Part shown: positions 46,568 through 57,911 of the stretch, piece after piece | Layout: every line of letters begins with the position of its first letter | How positions within the stretch are numbered: the first letter of the stretch is position 1 | Sequence record: NC_047767.1 | Strand: one strand, 5' to 3' | DNA: 64,000 bases | DNA from: Staphylococcus phage vB_SscM-1 | Position numbers and translations under genes: made by a program | Notes under the pieces: generated by a model | Told to the model about the DNA's origin: nothing | Databases searched by the model: none | What the model saw: the letters and a program-made list of their open reading frames with translations, nothing else

Positions 46568-47035
46568 ATGGAAAGAGAATTTAACACACTAACATTAGAA
46601 GAGTCTATTACACCTAAAAGTGAAGAAGTAAGAAAAGAAAAAGTAAAAGAATTCAGCCAAGAGTTATGTAATATGGTAAAAGACTTATACAAAACTTATA
46701 ACTTCTTTAGACAAGACCCTGTAGACGAGAAAGATGGTCACATGATGGTATTCTCTAGTAGACTAGGGGATGAAATAACAGGAGCTTACCATGAAAGAAT
46801 GTTTAAACTTGCTTTTGATAATTCATTAACTATTTTTGAAACAAACAAGCAATTTAAACAAGATGTTGAAGAAGGTAAAGCAATAGAACTAGGTGATGTT
46901 GTAATAGTAGAGACAGCACATCAAAATGTTCTAACAGGAAATGAATTTAACCTAAGCATTACATTTATGCTTAGAGAAGTATATGAAGAAAAACAAAGGA
47001 TTGAAAAGGAAGAAGAAGAGAAGCTTGATTTATAA
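46568..47035 (+). CDS. Hypothetical protein (155 aa)
   Basis: RBS AAGGAAGAGG. Confidence 0.55.
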   Translation: MEREFNTLTLEESITPKSEEVRKEKVKEFSQELCNMVKDLYKTYNFFRQDPVDEKDGHMMVFSSRLGDEITGAYHERMFKLAFDNSLTIFETNKQFKQDVEEGKAIELGDVVIVETAHQNVLTGNEFNLSITFMLREVYEEKQRIEKEEEEKLDL

Positions 47036-47075
47036 GCTTCTCTATTATTATGAGACTAATTTAGGAGTTTAAATA

Positions 47076-48074
47076 ATGAAAAAAGAAAATAAAGTAACAG
47101 GTGTAATAGGAACTTTATTTGTTGTATTTATGGCTGTTGTTATTGTGCTTATGATTATTATGTATCAAAAAACACAACAACAAAAACAAGAAAATGAATC
47201 ATTAGAGAGACTAGTGGAGATTTACAAAAAAGAAGATGAAACTACTGATGACTCCGCTAAAGAGTATGTTAAGAAGATAAATAAAGCGGAAGATGAACTA
47301 GTTAAAGTAAAAAAAGAAACAAACTATAAAAATTACAATTCTAAATCTAAAAAAGAAAAAGCAAAAGAAGATAGAGAAACTAGGGAAAGAATATACAACA
47401 TTAGTAGTGATGAGGATATAGAAGATGAAATAATTATGGTTAGAGGATTGATAGAAGAAAGAGAAGGTATAGATGCACCAAAAATAGTAATAGATGAAGA
47501 AGGCATAGGAACAATAGTTGTTCCTAAAGGTACAGACCTTGAAGATTTAGAAGTAACGAGTATTATATCTGATAACATAGATACCTCTACTTCTAATTTA
47601 AATCCAGCAAGTCCTCTTATACCATCAGTACCTGTTTTACCTCCTTTACCAGAAAGTTCTAACAATAATGATAATACTTATTACCCTCCAGAGGATAATA
47701 ATGTTTTACCAACAACACCTATAGAACCACCTACAACAGAAGAACCTCCTATTGTAAATCCACCTATTATACAACCTCCTGTTGTACAACCTCCAACAAC
47801 TGAGGAACCAAGCACAGAAAATCCAAGTACTGAAGAACCACCAACAGAAGAACCTAGTACTGAAGAACCAAGTACTGAGGAGCCTTCAACAGAAGAACCT
47901 TCAGAAGAACCAAGCACTGAAGAACCTTCAGAAGAAAATCCAATAACAGAAGAACCGTCAATAGAGGAGCCTAGTACTGAAGAACCTACAACTGAAGAAC
48001 CAAGTACTGAGGAAGAAATAACAGAAGAAGTACCTACAACAGAAGAAGAAATTAATGATGAAGAAGAGTCTTAA
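47076..48074 (+). CDS. Membrane-anchored protein with a Pro/Glu/Thr-rich tandem-repeat C-terminus (332 aa)
   Basis: N-terminal TM; (T/S)EEP(S/T) pentapeptide repeated about 15 times. Confidence 0.55.
   Translation: MKKENKVTGVIGTLFVVFMAVVIVLMIIMYQKTQQQKQENESLERLVEIYKKEDETTDDSAKEYVKKINKAEDELVKVKKETNYKNYNSKSKKEKAKEDRETRERIYNISSDEDIEDEIIMVRGLIEEREGIDAPKIVIDEEGIGTIVVPKGTDLEDLEVTSIISDNIDTSTSNLNPASPLIPSVPVLPPLPESSNNNDNTYYPPEDNNVLPTTPIEPPTTEEPPIVNPPIIQPPVVQPPTTEEPSTENPSTEEPPTEEPSTEEPSTEEPSTEEPSEEPSTEEPSEENPITEEPSIEEPSTEEPTTEEPSTEEEITEEVPTTEEEINDEEES
47800..48040 (+). repeat. 15-nt tandem repeats encoding TEEPS units
   Basis: actgaagaaccaagt-like units read directly. Confidence 0.6.
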
Positions 48075-48154
48075 AAGCTCTTCTTCTTTGATATTTAAGG
48101 TTATGATATATTAATTATGTAAGTAAATTAACCATATGGTGGTGTAAATTATTG

Positions 48155-48505
48155 ATGGGTATTAATATATTATCTTCATTAATAGTTGTTATAACATGTA
48201 TTAGTTTACTATCTCTATTATTAATACTGACTACAGGATACTTCAATAAAAACATTTTGGTTAAAATAACACTTTATGTTATACTAATAGCAGGAATATA
48301 TTTTTTAATTATAATGTTTAAACAGACATCAGGTATTATAAAAGATGATGTTATCAATACAATAGAAAACACAGAAAGATATAATGGATTTGTAAGTCCT
48401 ATTACAGTAGTATCTACAGGTATAATAGGTACAATACTAGGTTCGTGTTGGTATAAGTTTAACAGTTATATAAAAAACTATAATATGAAGAATAAAAAAC
48501 GCTAG
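48155..48505 (+). CDS. Membrane protein (116 aa)
   Basis: Three TM segments. Confidence 0.5.
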   Translation: MGINILSSLIVVITCISLLSLLLILTTGYFNKNILVKITLYVILIAGIYFLIIMFKQTSGIIKDDVINTIENTERYNGFVSPITVVSTGIIGTILGSCWYKFNSYIKNYNMKNKKR

Positions 48506-48520
48506 AAATGGTGAGTAATA

Positions 48521-48892
48521 GTGACATATTCAAAAGACAAAAAATGGGATGAAGCTAAAGAATTTATTAAGAACCAAGGTATGAAAGATAACTGGATTGA
48601 GATAGTGGATTATTATAGGCAGATAGGTGGTAAGCATGTAGCAGTTTTTATTGCTCTAGATAAAACTAAATACATGATACTAGAAGCAACAAAGGATAAC
48701 AGAGTTATTTTAGTTGATAAAGATAATAATATTAGACTAGAGGACTACACTGTGGTTACAGAAAGTAAAAAAATGTTCTATTATATAGAGGAGCCTTTTG
48801 AAATACAAATAAAGTTACCAGAGCATGTTAGAGACATAACATACAATAACACAGTAGTACTAACGATGGTTAGAGTCAAGGAGGGTAAGTAA
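48521..48892 (+). CDS. Hypothetical protein (123 aa; GTG start)
   Basis: RBS GGTGAG. Confidence 0.5.
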   Translation: MTYSKDKKWDEAKEFIKNQGMKDNWIEIVDYYRQIGGKHVAVFIALDKTKYMILEATKDNRVILVDKDNNIRLEDYTVVTESKKMFYYIEEPFEIQIKLPEHVRDITYNNTVVLTMVRVKEGK

Positions 48893-48893
48893 A

Positions 48894-50606
48894 TTGGCAG
48901 ATTTTTTTAAAAATTGGAGGATAGGGGATTTACCTAAACAAAATGAAAAAATAAATCAAGTTTCTATAGATGGAGACTTACAAGCTAACATAAGAAAGAT
49001 AGAAGAAGATAATAAGAATTACAATGAGAGTATAGCAAAGTCTTTATACGGACAGCAACAAGCATACGCAGAGCCTTTTATACAAATGATGGATACTAAC
49101 CCAGAGTTCAGAGATAAAAGAAGTTACATGAAAAGTGAACATAATCTTCATGATGTTCTTAAGAAATTTGGTAACAACCCTATTCTTAATGCTATAATAC
49201 TAACAAGAGCAAACCAAGTGTCTATGTATTGCCAACCTGCCAGATACTCTGAGAAAGGTCTAGGATTTGAAGTAAGACTTAGAGACCTAACTAAGGAACC
49301 AGGTAGAAAAGAGCAAGAAGAAATTAAGCGTATAGAAGAATTTTTACTAAACACAGGAACTAAGAAGGATGTAGATAGAGACTCATTCCAATCTTTCTGT
49401 AAAAAGATTGTAAGAGATACTTACATCTTTGACCAAGTTAATTTTGAGAAGGTGTTTAGTAAAAAGAATAATACTAAACTAGAGAAGTTTATTGCAGTAG
49501 ACCCTTCTACTATATTTTATGCCACAGATAAAAAAGGTAAGATTATAAAAGGTGGCAAGAGATTTGTTCAAGTAATGGATAAAAAGGTAGTAGCAAGTTT
49601 TACATCAAGAGAGCTTGCAATGGGTATAAGAAACCCTAGAACAGCAGTAGAGTCTTCTGGATATGGATTATCAGAAGTAGAGATAGCAATGAAAGAATTT
49701 ATTGCTTATAATAATACAGAATCATTTAATGATAGATTCTTCTCTCATGGTGGAACGACTAGAGGTATATTACAGATACGTTCAGACCAACAACAATCTC
49801 AAAGAGCTCTAGAGAACTTTAAGCGTGAATGGAAATCCAGTCTATCAGGTATTAATGGTTCATGGCAGATACCAGTAGTTATGGCAGATGATATTAAGTT
49901 TGTTAACATGACACCTACTGCTAATGATATGCAATTTGAAAAGTGGTTAAACTATCTTATCAATATTATTGCAAGTTTGTATGGTATTGACCCTGCTGAA
50001 ATAGGATTCCCTAACCGAGGAGGAGCTACAGGTTCTAAGGGAGGAAGTACTCTAAACGAGGCTGACCCTTCTAAGAAACATCAAGCTTCACAAAACAAAG
50101 GTTTGCAACCATTACTTAGATTTATAGAAGATTTAATAAACACACATATAATTTCTGAATATGGAGATAAATATACATTCCAATTTGTTGGTGGAGATAA
50201 TTCAGCAGAGAAAGAAAAAATAGAAATACTTAAAGCTAAGACTGAATTAGGAATGACTGTTAATGAAGCAAGAGAAGCTTTAGGATTAACAGGAAAACTA
50301 AAAGGTGGAGATGCACCATTAAACGGAGCATACGTACAATACTATGGTCAATACCTACAACAAGAACAATATGAAGAAGCTAAGCAAAAAGAAAGATTTG
50401 AAATGCTTCAACAAATTCTACAGGGCAACAATGAAGAAGAAGATGACCAAACAGTAGAAACAGCTAAAGTTGATAATAAGAAACAAATGGATGGTAAAGT
50501 AGAACCTGAAAGTAAAGTAGGAAAAGATGGTCAAATAAAAGACCAAGATAATACAAACTCTAAAGGTGTAAAACATTCATATGATAAAAAAGATTGGAAA
50601 CAATAA
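48894..50606 (+). CDS. Portal protein
   Basis: 570 aa directly upstream of protease and capsid; size and synteny as in Twort/K-like phages; TTG start after AAGGAGGG. Confidence 0.7.
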   Translation: MADFFKNWRIGDLPKQNEKINQVSIDGDLQANIRKIEEDNKNYNESIAKSLYGQQQAYAEPFIQMMDTNPEFRDKRSYMKSEHNLHDVLKKFGNNPILNAIILTRANQVSMYCQPARYSEKGLGFEVRLRDLTKEPGRKEQEEIKRIEEFLLNTGTKKDVDRDSFQSFCKKIVRDTYIFDQVNFEKVFSKKNNTKLEKFIAVDPSTIFYATDKKGKIIKGGKRFVQVMDKKVVASFTSRELAMGIRNPRTAVESSGYGLSEVEIAMKEFIAYNNTESFNDRFFSHGGTTRGILQIRSDQQQSQRALENFKREWKSSLSGINGSWQIPVVMADDIKFVNMTPTANDMQFEKWLNYLINIIASLYGIDPAEIGFPNRGGATGSKGGSTLNEADPSKKHQASQNKGLQPLLRFIEDLINTHIISEYGDKYTFQFVGGDNSAEKEKIEILKAKTELGMTVNEAREALGLTGKLKGGDAPLNGAYVQYYGQYLQQEQYEEAKQKERFEMLQQILQGNNEEEDDQTVETAKVDNKKQMDGKVEPESKVGKDGQIKDQDNTNSKGVKHSYDKKDWKQ

Positions 50607-50752
50607 AATAAATTGTTAATTCAATTTTGAAAACAACTTCTTGTGTGCTATAATAGTACTTAAGAAGTTGTTATTTTTCTTATTTGTTGATTAAGTGTTA
50701 TATTATGTATGTAAGTACAGAAAAATAATTAACATTGTGAGGTGTAATAAAC

Positions 50753-51535
50753 TTGCACACAGATGAGCAAACATTTATGTTTAATGCCTTTATGCCAGTA
50801 GACGTAAAGAAATCAGTGGATACAGAATCTGAAACATATACAATATCAGGATGGGCTAGTACAGGACAACTAGATTTACAGAATGAGATTATAGACCCAA
50901 AAGGTATAGATATTACACATTTCCGTGAGCATGGTTACATAAACTATGAACACAAGTCTAATATCAGAATAGGTTATCCTACAGAGAATTGTTACGTTGA
51001 CGTAAATAAAGGATTGTATGTAGAAGCTAAGCTATTTAAAAATAACCCTTACGCTACTGAAATGGTTCAGTTAGCAGAAACTTTAGAGAAATCTGGAAGT
51101 AATAGAAAGATTGGATTTTCTATAGAGGGTGCTATTACTAAACGTAACATTAATGATACACGAGTAATAGAGGGTGTTAAGATTACAGATATAGCAGTTA
51201 CAGCCACACCTGCTAATCCTTCAGCTACTATAGAAACTATTTTGAAAAGTTTCTTAACAGGTAATGGTATATCTCCTGAAACTCAGGTAGATGCAGGAGC
51301 CTTACGTAGAGAAGAACTAGCATCAAGTATAACAAAGCTAACTTATACTTTAGGTATTAAAGACCCTAAAGAGTATAAAAACATGTGGGATGGCGTAGTT
51401 GAGTATTTGACAAAATCAGAAAGAATGGGTTATGAAGAATCTATCATAACTTTACAATTAGCCAAAGGTTTATCAAGAAGAGATGCAGAGTTAGCAGTAT
51501 TAGATATACGGAAGGAGAACTTAAATAATGAGTAA
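50753..51535 (+). CDS. Prohead protease
   Basis: 260 aa between portal and capsid; TTG start after GAGGTG. Confidence 0.6.
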   Translation: MHTDEQTFMFNAFMPVDVKKSVDTESETYTISGWASTGQLDLQNEIIDPKGIDITHFREHGYINYEHKSNIRIGYPTENCYVDVNKGLYVEAKLFKNNPYATEMVQLAETLEKSGSNRKIGFSIEGAITKRNINDTRVIEGVKITDIAVTATPANPSATIETILKSFLTGNGISPETQVDAGALRREELASSITKLTYTLGIKDPKEYKNMWDGVVEYLTKSERMGYEESIITLQLAKGLSRRDAELAVLDIRKENLNNE

Positions 51536-52481
51536 AGAAATGAAAAATATTTTGGATGAGTACGAAAAACTTAACCAACAAGAAGTTTCTAAATCAGAAG
51601 AACCTAAAGAAGAGGAAGCTAAAGCAGAAGAAAATACAGTAGAAGAAACAGAACAAACTGTAGCTGAAACTGAAGTAGCAGAAGCTCAAACACCAGAAGA
51701 GGTAGACCCTGAGAAAGTAGAAGAGCAAGAAGAAGAAGCTAAACCAGAAGAAGATGCTGAAGAAGCTAAGGAAGCTGAAGAAGAATCAGAATCTGTAGAA
51801 AAATCTAAAAAAGAGTCTAAAGACCCTGTAGACCATAAAGACACAGATACAGAAGATAAAGACAACGAGAAACGTAAGAACAAGAAAGATAAAGATAAAG
51901 ATGAAGATAAAAAGGACAAAAAAGAAGAAGGTAAAAAAGAAGAAGCTAAGAAATCTATTTCAGATGAATTAATTCTTGAAGGCTTTACTCAAATTCTTAA
52001 ATCAATCCAAGATATCAATGAAGACAAACAAGAGTATGTTTCTAAAAGTGAATTCAAATCTTTAGAAGAAAAATTAGATGCTATTCTAGGTAAACAAGAA
52101 GAAGTTAAAGAAGAAGTTTCTAAATCAGAAGAAGAAGTAGAATCAGATGAAGAGGAAGCAGTTTCTAAATCTGTTACTTCTAAAGAAGAAACTAAAGAAG
52201 AAAAAGCAGACGGTTATGTTTCTAAGTCAGCAACAGTTGAAGAAGATACTCAAGAAGAAACAGCAGAAGCAGAAGAAGTTCAAGAACAAGAACCTACAAT
52301 TAGTCGTGAAGAACTACGTACTAAATTTATGAAGAGCTTCCGTGAACAAGCTTCTAAGAAAGACAAATCTGTTATTCAATTAAACCACGCTAACGAGTCT
52401 TATACACGAGTAATGAATGACTTTGATAATGCATCAGAACATGATTTACAAATTGTAAAAGAATTTGCAGGTATTGAATAA
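51528..52481 (+). CDS. Acidic E/K-rich protein with VSKSE repeats (scaffold-like)
   Basis: Position between protease and capsid; low-complexity acidic sequence. Confidence 0.5.
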   Translation: MSKEMKNILDEYEKLNQQEVSKSEEPKEEEAKAEENTVEETEQTVAETEVAEAQTPEEVDPEKVEEQEEEAKPEEDAEEAKEAEEESESVEKSKKESKDPVDHKDTDTEDKDNEKRKNKKDKDKDEDKKDKKEEGKKEEAKKSISDELILEGFTQILKSIQDINEDKQEYVSKSEFKSLEEKLDAILGKQEEVKEEVSKSEEEVESDEEEAVSKSVTSKEETKEEKADGYVSKSATVEEDTQEETAEAEEVQEQEPTISREELRTKFMKSFREQASKKDKSVIQLNHANESYTRVMNDFDNASEHDLQIVKEFAGIE

Positions 52482-52586
52482 TATACTCAAAGAAGTGTTA
52501 TATTATAGAGTGTAACTAATGAAATAAAGGGTAGGGTAATACTCTACCCTACATATAAACAAAAAGATGAAAGGTGATTAACTTTT

Positions 52587-53996
52587 ATGACTAACGCAGG
52601 AAAAGAAAAACAATTATCCCCGGCTCAAGATAAAGTAGCGGATAAGTTACAAGATGAATTATTTGAAAAAGTTTCTAAATCATACCAAACTGGTTATGGA
52701 ATTACTCCAGATACACAAGTAGATGCAGGAGCTTTACGTAGAGAGATTTTAGATGACCAAATTACAATGCTTACATGGACTAATGACGATTTAATTTTCT
52801 ATCGTGAAATTACTAAACGTCCAGCACAATCAACAGTAGTTAAATATGATGTTTACTTACGTCATGGTAACGTAGGACATTCACGATTTGTTCGTGAAAT
52901 TGGGGTAGCTCCAGTATCAGACCCTAACATCCGTCAAAAAACCGTATCAATGAAATACGTATCAGACACTAAAAACATGTCAATCGCATCAGGTCTTGTA
53001 AATAACATTGCAGACCCAGCTCAAATCTTAACAGAAGATGCTATCGCAGTTGTTGCAAAAACAATTGAGTGGGCTTCATTCTACGGAGATGCTTCTTTAA
53101 CAGCAGATATCGAAGGAGAAGGTTTAGAGTTTGATGGTTTAGCAAAATTAATTGACAAGAACAATGTAATTGATGCTAAAGGTGAATCTTTATCACAAAA
53201 ATTATTAAATGAAGTAGCAGTTCGAGTAGGTAAAGGCTTCGGTACAGCAACTGATGCATTTATGCCTATCGGTGTTCAAGCTGACTTTGTAAACAACTTA
53301 TTAAATAACCAATACCAATTAATGGCAGATAACAGCGGTAATGTAAACGCAGGTTACAACGTACAAGGATTCTATTCTTCTCGTGGTTTCATTAAATTAC
53401 ATGGTTCTACAGTAATGGAAAATGAATTAATCTTAGATGAGTCATTACAACCATTACCAAACGCACCACAACCAGCTAAAGTTTCAGCTACAGTTGAAAC
53501 AGCTCAAAAAGGTAAATTTACTGATGAATCTGACCGTGCTTTAACTTATAAAGTTGTAGTTAACTCTGATGATGCTGAAAGTGCTCCATCAGAAGCAGTA
53601 GAAGCTACTGTAACAAACGCTACAGATGGCGTTAAGTTAACAATTTCAGTTAACTCTATGTACCAACAACAACCTCAATTCGTTTCTATCTACCGTCAAG
53701 GTAAAGAAACAGGTATGTTCTACCTAATTAAACGAGTTCCAATGAGTCAAGTTAACGAAGAAGGTAACTTAGTATTCGTAGATAAAAACGAAACTTTACC
53801 AGAAACAGCAGACGTATTCGTTGGTGAAATGTCTCCACAAGTATTACACTTGTTCGAGTTACTTCCAATGATGAAATTACCATTAGCTCAAATTAACGCT
53901 TCTGTTACATTTGCAGTATTATGGTATGGTGCATTAGCTTTACGTGCTCCTAAGAAATGGGCTCGTATTAAGAACGTTCGTTATATCGCAGTTTAA
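52587..53996 (+). CDS. Major capsid protein
   Basis: 469 aa, strong RBS, position; matches the SPO1-like capsid size class. Confidence 0.75.
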   Translation: MTNAGKEKQLSPAQDKVADKLQDELFEKVSKSYQTGYGITPDTQVDAGALRREILDDQITMLTWTNDDLIFYREITKRPAQSTVVKYDVYLRHGNVGHSRFVREIGVAPVSDPNIRQKTVSMKYVSDTKNMSIASGLVNNIADPAQILTEDAIAVVAKTIEWASFYGDASLTADIEGEGLEFDGLAKLIDKNNVIDAKGESLSQKLLNEVAVRVGKGFGTATDAFMPIGVQADFVNNLLNNQYQLMADNSGNVNAGYNVQGFYSSRGFIKLHGSTVMENELILDESLQPLPNAPQPAKVSATVETAQKGKFTDESDRALTYKVVVNSDDAESAPSEAVEATVTNATDGVKLTISVNSMYQQQPQFVSIYRQGKETGMFYLIKRVPMSQVNEEGNLVFVDKNETLPETADVFVGEMSPQVLHLFELLPMMKLPLAQINASVTFAVLWYGALALRAPKKWARIKNVRYIAV

Positions 53997-54093
53997 TTAC
54001 TATATTATAAACAACTTAATACAAAACAAAATAGTGGGTAAACTTAGTTTATCCACTTTTTTTATTAAAAATACTTGAAAGGAACATCAATAT

Positions 54094-54390
54094 ATGTTAA
54101 AATTTACTAAAAATAAAGCAGAAAAAATTGCTACCATTCATGGTACATTAACAATTAAAGAAGATGGAACAGTAGAAGGTCTAACACCTGAGCAGGAAAA
54201 AGAATTCTCAAATGTTCCAGGATTTGAATTCGAAGAAGAAAAGAAAACTACTAGAAAACAATCAGCTTCTACTAGTAAGGAAGAAGAACCTAAAGAAGAG
54301 GAAAAGAAAGCCTCTACTAGAAAATCTACAAGTACTACTAGAAAATCTACAGCACGTAAAACAACAGCCAAAAAAGACGAAGATAAGTAA
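54094..54390 (+). CDS. Hypothetical basic K/E/T-rich protein (98 aa)
   Basis: ORF track. Confidence 0.5.
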   Translation: MLKFTKNKAEKIATIHGTLTIKEDGTVEGLTPEQEKEFSNVPGFEFEEEKKTTRKQSASTSKEEEPKEEEKKASTRKSTSTTRKSTARKTTAKKDEDK

Positions 54391-54404
54391 AGGGTGAGAT
54401 AGTA

Positions 54405-55310
54405 ATGGCATTATTCGGAGGTCATTTAGACCCTTATGAAAAAGCATTAAATTATGAATATCCATACCATCCATCAGGTAACCCTAAACACATAGATAGA
54501 GAAGCTATAGATGATATAACATTAGCAGATTATGGATGGACTCCAGATGCTATAAAATATCATTATATGTATGGTATAACGGTACAGAACCCAGATACAG
54601 GTAAACCTATGGGGGATGAATTTTATAACCATGCTTTAGAAGTAGCAATATCAAAAGCAGAGAAAGCACTAGATATTACTATACTGCCAGATATCATGCA
54701 TGAGATGAGAGACTATAATGAAACAGAATTTAATAGTTATATGTTTGTTCATGCCTATAATAAACCTATTTTACAGGTAGAAAACTTACAGCTTCAATTC
54801 AATGGCAGACCAATATATAAATATCCTGCAAACTGGTGGAAAGTAGATAACTTAGCAGGACATGTACAGCTATTCCCTACAGCACTAATGCAGACTGGTA
54901 ATAGTATGTCATATGATGCAGTGTTTAATGGATATCCTCAACTAGCAGGTGTGTATCCACCTTCAGGAGCTAGGTTTGCACCTCAAATGATACAACTAGA
55001 ATATGTAGCAGGAATGCTACCTAGAAGAAGAGGTAGAAGAGCTAAACCTTGGGAAGTACCGGCAGACTTAGAACAATTAGTTATCAAATATGCATTGAAA
55101 GAAATATATCAAGTATGGGGTAACTTAATTATCGGTGCTGGTATTGCAAACAAGACTCTATCTGTAGATGGTATTACAGAAACAATTGGAACTACACAAT
55201 CAGCTATGTATGGTGGAGCAAGTGCACAAATTCTTCAAATAAACGAAGATATAAAAGAACTAATAAGTGGACTACAAGCTTATTACGGTTCAAACATGAT
55301 AGGACTATAG
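54405..55310 (+). CDS. Virion structural protein (301 aa)
   Basis: Synteny between capsid and sheath. Confidence 0.5.
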   Translation: MALFGGHLDPYEKALNYEYPYHPSGNPKHIDREAIDDITLADYGWTPDAIKYHYMYGITVQNPDTGKPMGDEFYNHALEVAISKAEKALDITILPDIMHEMRDYNETEFNSYMFVHAYNKPILQVENLQLQFNGRPIYKYPANWWKVDNLAGHVQLFPTALMQTGNSMSYDAVFNGYPQLAGVYPPSGARFAPQMIQLEYVAGMLPRRRGRRAKPWEVPADLEQLVIKYALKEIYQVWGNLIIGAGIANKTLSVDGITETIGTTQSAMYGGASAQILQINEDIKELISGLQAYYGSNMIGL

Positions 55311-55324
55311 GGAGGTTTTAAATA

Positions 55325-56203
55325 ATGGGAAATGATTTTACATTAGGTTCTCCCGGAGAAGGAAATATAGCTAATAAGTCTACTAACTATTCTTCTAATA
55401 GTGATATAAACAATGTAACTAAAAAGTCAGAAACAGCAAGAGTAGAATTTGATATACCTAGTATGATTAAATTTATAGAGGACAGAGGTATAAAAGTATT
55501 ATGGGAAAGAGCATACTTTTGTCCTTGTTTAAATCCAGACACAGGGCATCCTAGAATGGATTGTCCTAGATGTCATGGTAAAGGTATAGCATATCTACCT
55601 CCTAAAGAGACGATAATGGCTATACAATCACAAGAAAAAGGTATTAATAATATAGAGATTGGTTTATTAGAAAGTGGTACTGCTATTGGTACAACAAGAT
55701 TAGAGCATAGAATATCTTACAGAGATAGATTCACAGTACCAGAAGTACTAATGCCTCAATCAATGGTTTATTTTGTAAGTGATACACGTATTAAAAAAGG
55801 AATACGATTGTACTATGATGTAAGAGAAGTTACGTTTATAACTACTCAAGAAGAGGTTATTAGAGAAGAAGATTATGAAATTAAAAATGGTAGACTATTC
55901 CTAGATGAAAAATATAAGAATAGTACTGTATCCTTAAACATTTTAATGACTTTAAGATATGTCGTATCAGATATACTAAAAGAAAGTAGATACCAATATA
56001 CGAAGTTTAACCAACCAAAACCCAGATTTGATAACTTACCTCAAAAACTTCTTTTAAAGAGAGAAGACGTTATAGTTCTTCAAGACCCTTACAAAATGAA
56101 TGATGGGGATATTGAGGATATAGAATTGCAAGTAGAAGACCCTAAAGCATCAGTTAATAATAATGCTTCAGGAGGATTCTTTGGAGGGGCGTTAGGTAAC
56201 TAA
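55325..56203 (+). CDS. Virion structural protein (292 aa)
   Basis: Synteny. Confidence 0.5.
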   Translation: MGNDFTLGSPGEGNIANKSTNYSSNSDINNVTKKSETARVEFDIPSMIKFIEDRGIKVLWERAYFCPCLNPDTGHPRMDCPRCHGKGIAYLPPKETIMAIQSQEKGINNIEIGLLESGTAIGTTRLEHRISYRDRFTVPEVLMPQSMVYFVSDTRIKKGIRLYYDVREVTFITTQEEVIREEDYEIKNGRLFLDEKYKNSTVSLNILMTLRYVVSDILKESRYQYTKFNQPKPRFDNLPQKLLLKREDVIVLQDPYKMNDGDIEDIELQVEDPKASVNNNASGGFFGGALGN

Positions 56204-56823
56204 TGGCTAGAATAAAAGGTAATAGACCTAAAATGTTTAAAGAGCCTAAAAAGGTAGGTAGAAGGGCTATATCAGCTATACAGGGAGAAATACTCGATAA
56301 CTTACAACAGACAGCTATGAGAGTAGATGACGTGTATATTAAAAGAATGCCTAACTACCTTGAAATAACAGAAAGAAAGCTAGAAGAAAAAGGTGTAGTA
56401 GATTTAAAGAAAGCCTTTGCAACTTCTAGTAAAAAGAAGCGTACTAAAGATGGTGGATGGTACTTAGTCGTACCTATTAGGTTAAAGACTAGTAAGATGT
56501 CTAAAAAGACATATCAAGACCTAAGAAAGTTAGAAACACCATCAGGACAAAAAACAACACTAACAGATTACTTAGAAGGACTAGAAAAAAATCAAGTTAC
56601 ACATGCAAGTATGGTTCCTAACACGCCTTATAAAAATACAACTAAGATTAAGCGTAAAAAGGATAGAAATGCATCATACTTTATGTTTAGAACAGTTTCA
56701 AATAAGTCACCTGCTAATGCATGGGTTCTTAACAGAGATAAAGTAAATAAAGATAATTTCTCTAACACAACAATGAAACATGTACAAAGCTTGATGAAGT
56801 GGAAAATGAATAATCTGAAATAA
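56203..56823 (+). CDS. Virion structural protein (206 aa)
   Basis: Start overlaps the upstream stop (ATGA). Confidence 0.5.
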   Translation: MARIKGNRPKMFKEPKKVGRRAISAIQGEILDNLQQTAMRVDDVYIKRMPNYLEITERKLEEKGVVDLKKAFATSSKKKRTKDGGWYLVVPIRLKTSKMSKKTYQDLRKLETPSGQKTTLTDYLEGLEKNQVTHASMVPNTPYKNTTKIKRKKDRNASYFMFRTVSNKSPANAWVLNRDKVNKDNFSNTTMKHVQSLMKWKMNNLK

Positions 56824-56834
56824 AGGAGGATATT

Positions 56835-57671
56835 ATGGCTATTACTTCTGTAGACTCATATCTATTGTCAGAAATCAAGCCTAGACTCAAAACAGTGCTA
56901 GAGAATTGTTATATTATAGATGAAGTTTTAAAAGACTTTGATAAACAATCAAGGGATAGTTTTAAAGAGGCTTTTGTAGGAAAAAATGCACAGCATGAAG
57001 TTACAATAGGATTTAATTTCCCACAGTTTAAAACTAACCATGAAGCACATTATCTTATACAATTAGGTCAAGGAGAAGAAAGTAATAAATCTCTAGGTGG
57101 CTTACAAGGTGTATATGATTATGCTAACGGAGAAACATTGTCTGAAAGCTCTGTAGCAACTTTAGAAGGTAATGAATTATGTTTTACTGTTTCTAAAGAC
57201 ATCTACAAAGTTATAAATATAGAAGACATTGAGTTCTCTAAAGCAGACAAAGTAAGACATGAAGGAAACAAGATATACTTTGCTTATAGTGGAAATGAAG
57301 AGTATGAAGGATACAATGGTATAGTTAACTATGTTGAAAAAACAGGGGAAACTAAAGGACTTGTTAAAGGTATGACTATTAATGAACAAGTAACTATTGT
57401 AGGGTTATCTCACAATGTAGATGTAGCAAGATGTCTAGATGCAATACTAAAGATGATATTAATATCTATGAGAGATAGCATAGAAGAACAACAAACATTC
57501 CAACTACAAACATTATCATTTGGAGACTTAGCTCCTATAATAGGAGAGGGTGAGTCTATGATATTTGGTAGACCCACAATTGTACAATACACATCTTCTA
57601 TGGATATGGACTATACAGTAACAAATGATATTAATAAGTTAACATTTAAAGCAAGAAAGGAATGGAATTAG
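56835..57671 (+). CDS. Virion structural protein (278 aa)
   Basis: Synteny. Confidence 0.5.
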   Translation: MAITSVDSYLLSEIKPRLKTVLENCYIIDEVLKDFDKQSRDSFKEAFVGKNAQHEVTIGFNFPQFKTNHEAHYLIQLGQGEESNKSLGGLQGVYDYANGETLSESSVATLEGNELCFTVSKDIYKVINIEDIEFSKADKVRHEGNKIYFAYSGNEEYEGYNGIVNYVEKTGETKGLVKGMTINEQVTIVGLSHNVDVARCLDAILKMILISMRDSIEEQQTFQLQTLSFGDLAPIIGEGESMIFGRPTIVQYTSSMDMDYTVTNDINKLTFKARKEWN

Positions 57672-57890
57672 ATGGTTAGAAAAAAGCAAGTAGCAAAACC
57701 TAAGCCTAAAGATTTCACAGGTTATATCCATATAGATACCTTCTTAGAGACAGCTAAAGTTATGTTTAACATGACAGGCGGTCAAGCAGAAGGATTTAAA
57801 GCATATATGTATGGTAATACTTATCAGTACAGTGAGTTAGACTTTTTACCTCATTTAGAAAAGTATTTAGGAAGAAAATTAGATATTTAA
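57672..57890 (+). CDS. Hypothetical protein (72 aa)
   Basis: ORF track. Confidence 0.45.
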   Translation: MVRKKQVAKPKPKDFTGYIHIDTFLETAKVMFNMTGGQAEGFKAYMYGNTYQYSELDFLPHLEKYLGRKLDI

Positions 57891-57911
57891 TAAGATAGGA
57901 GAATTAAGTAT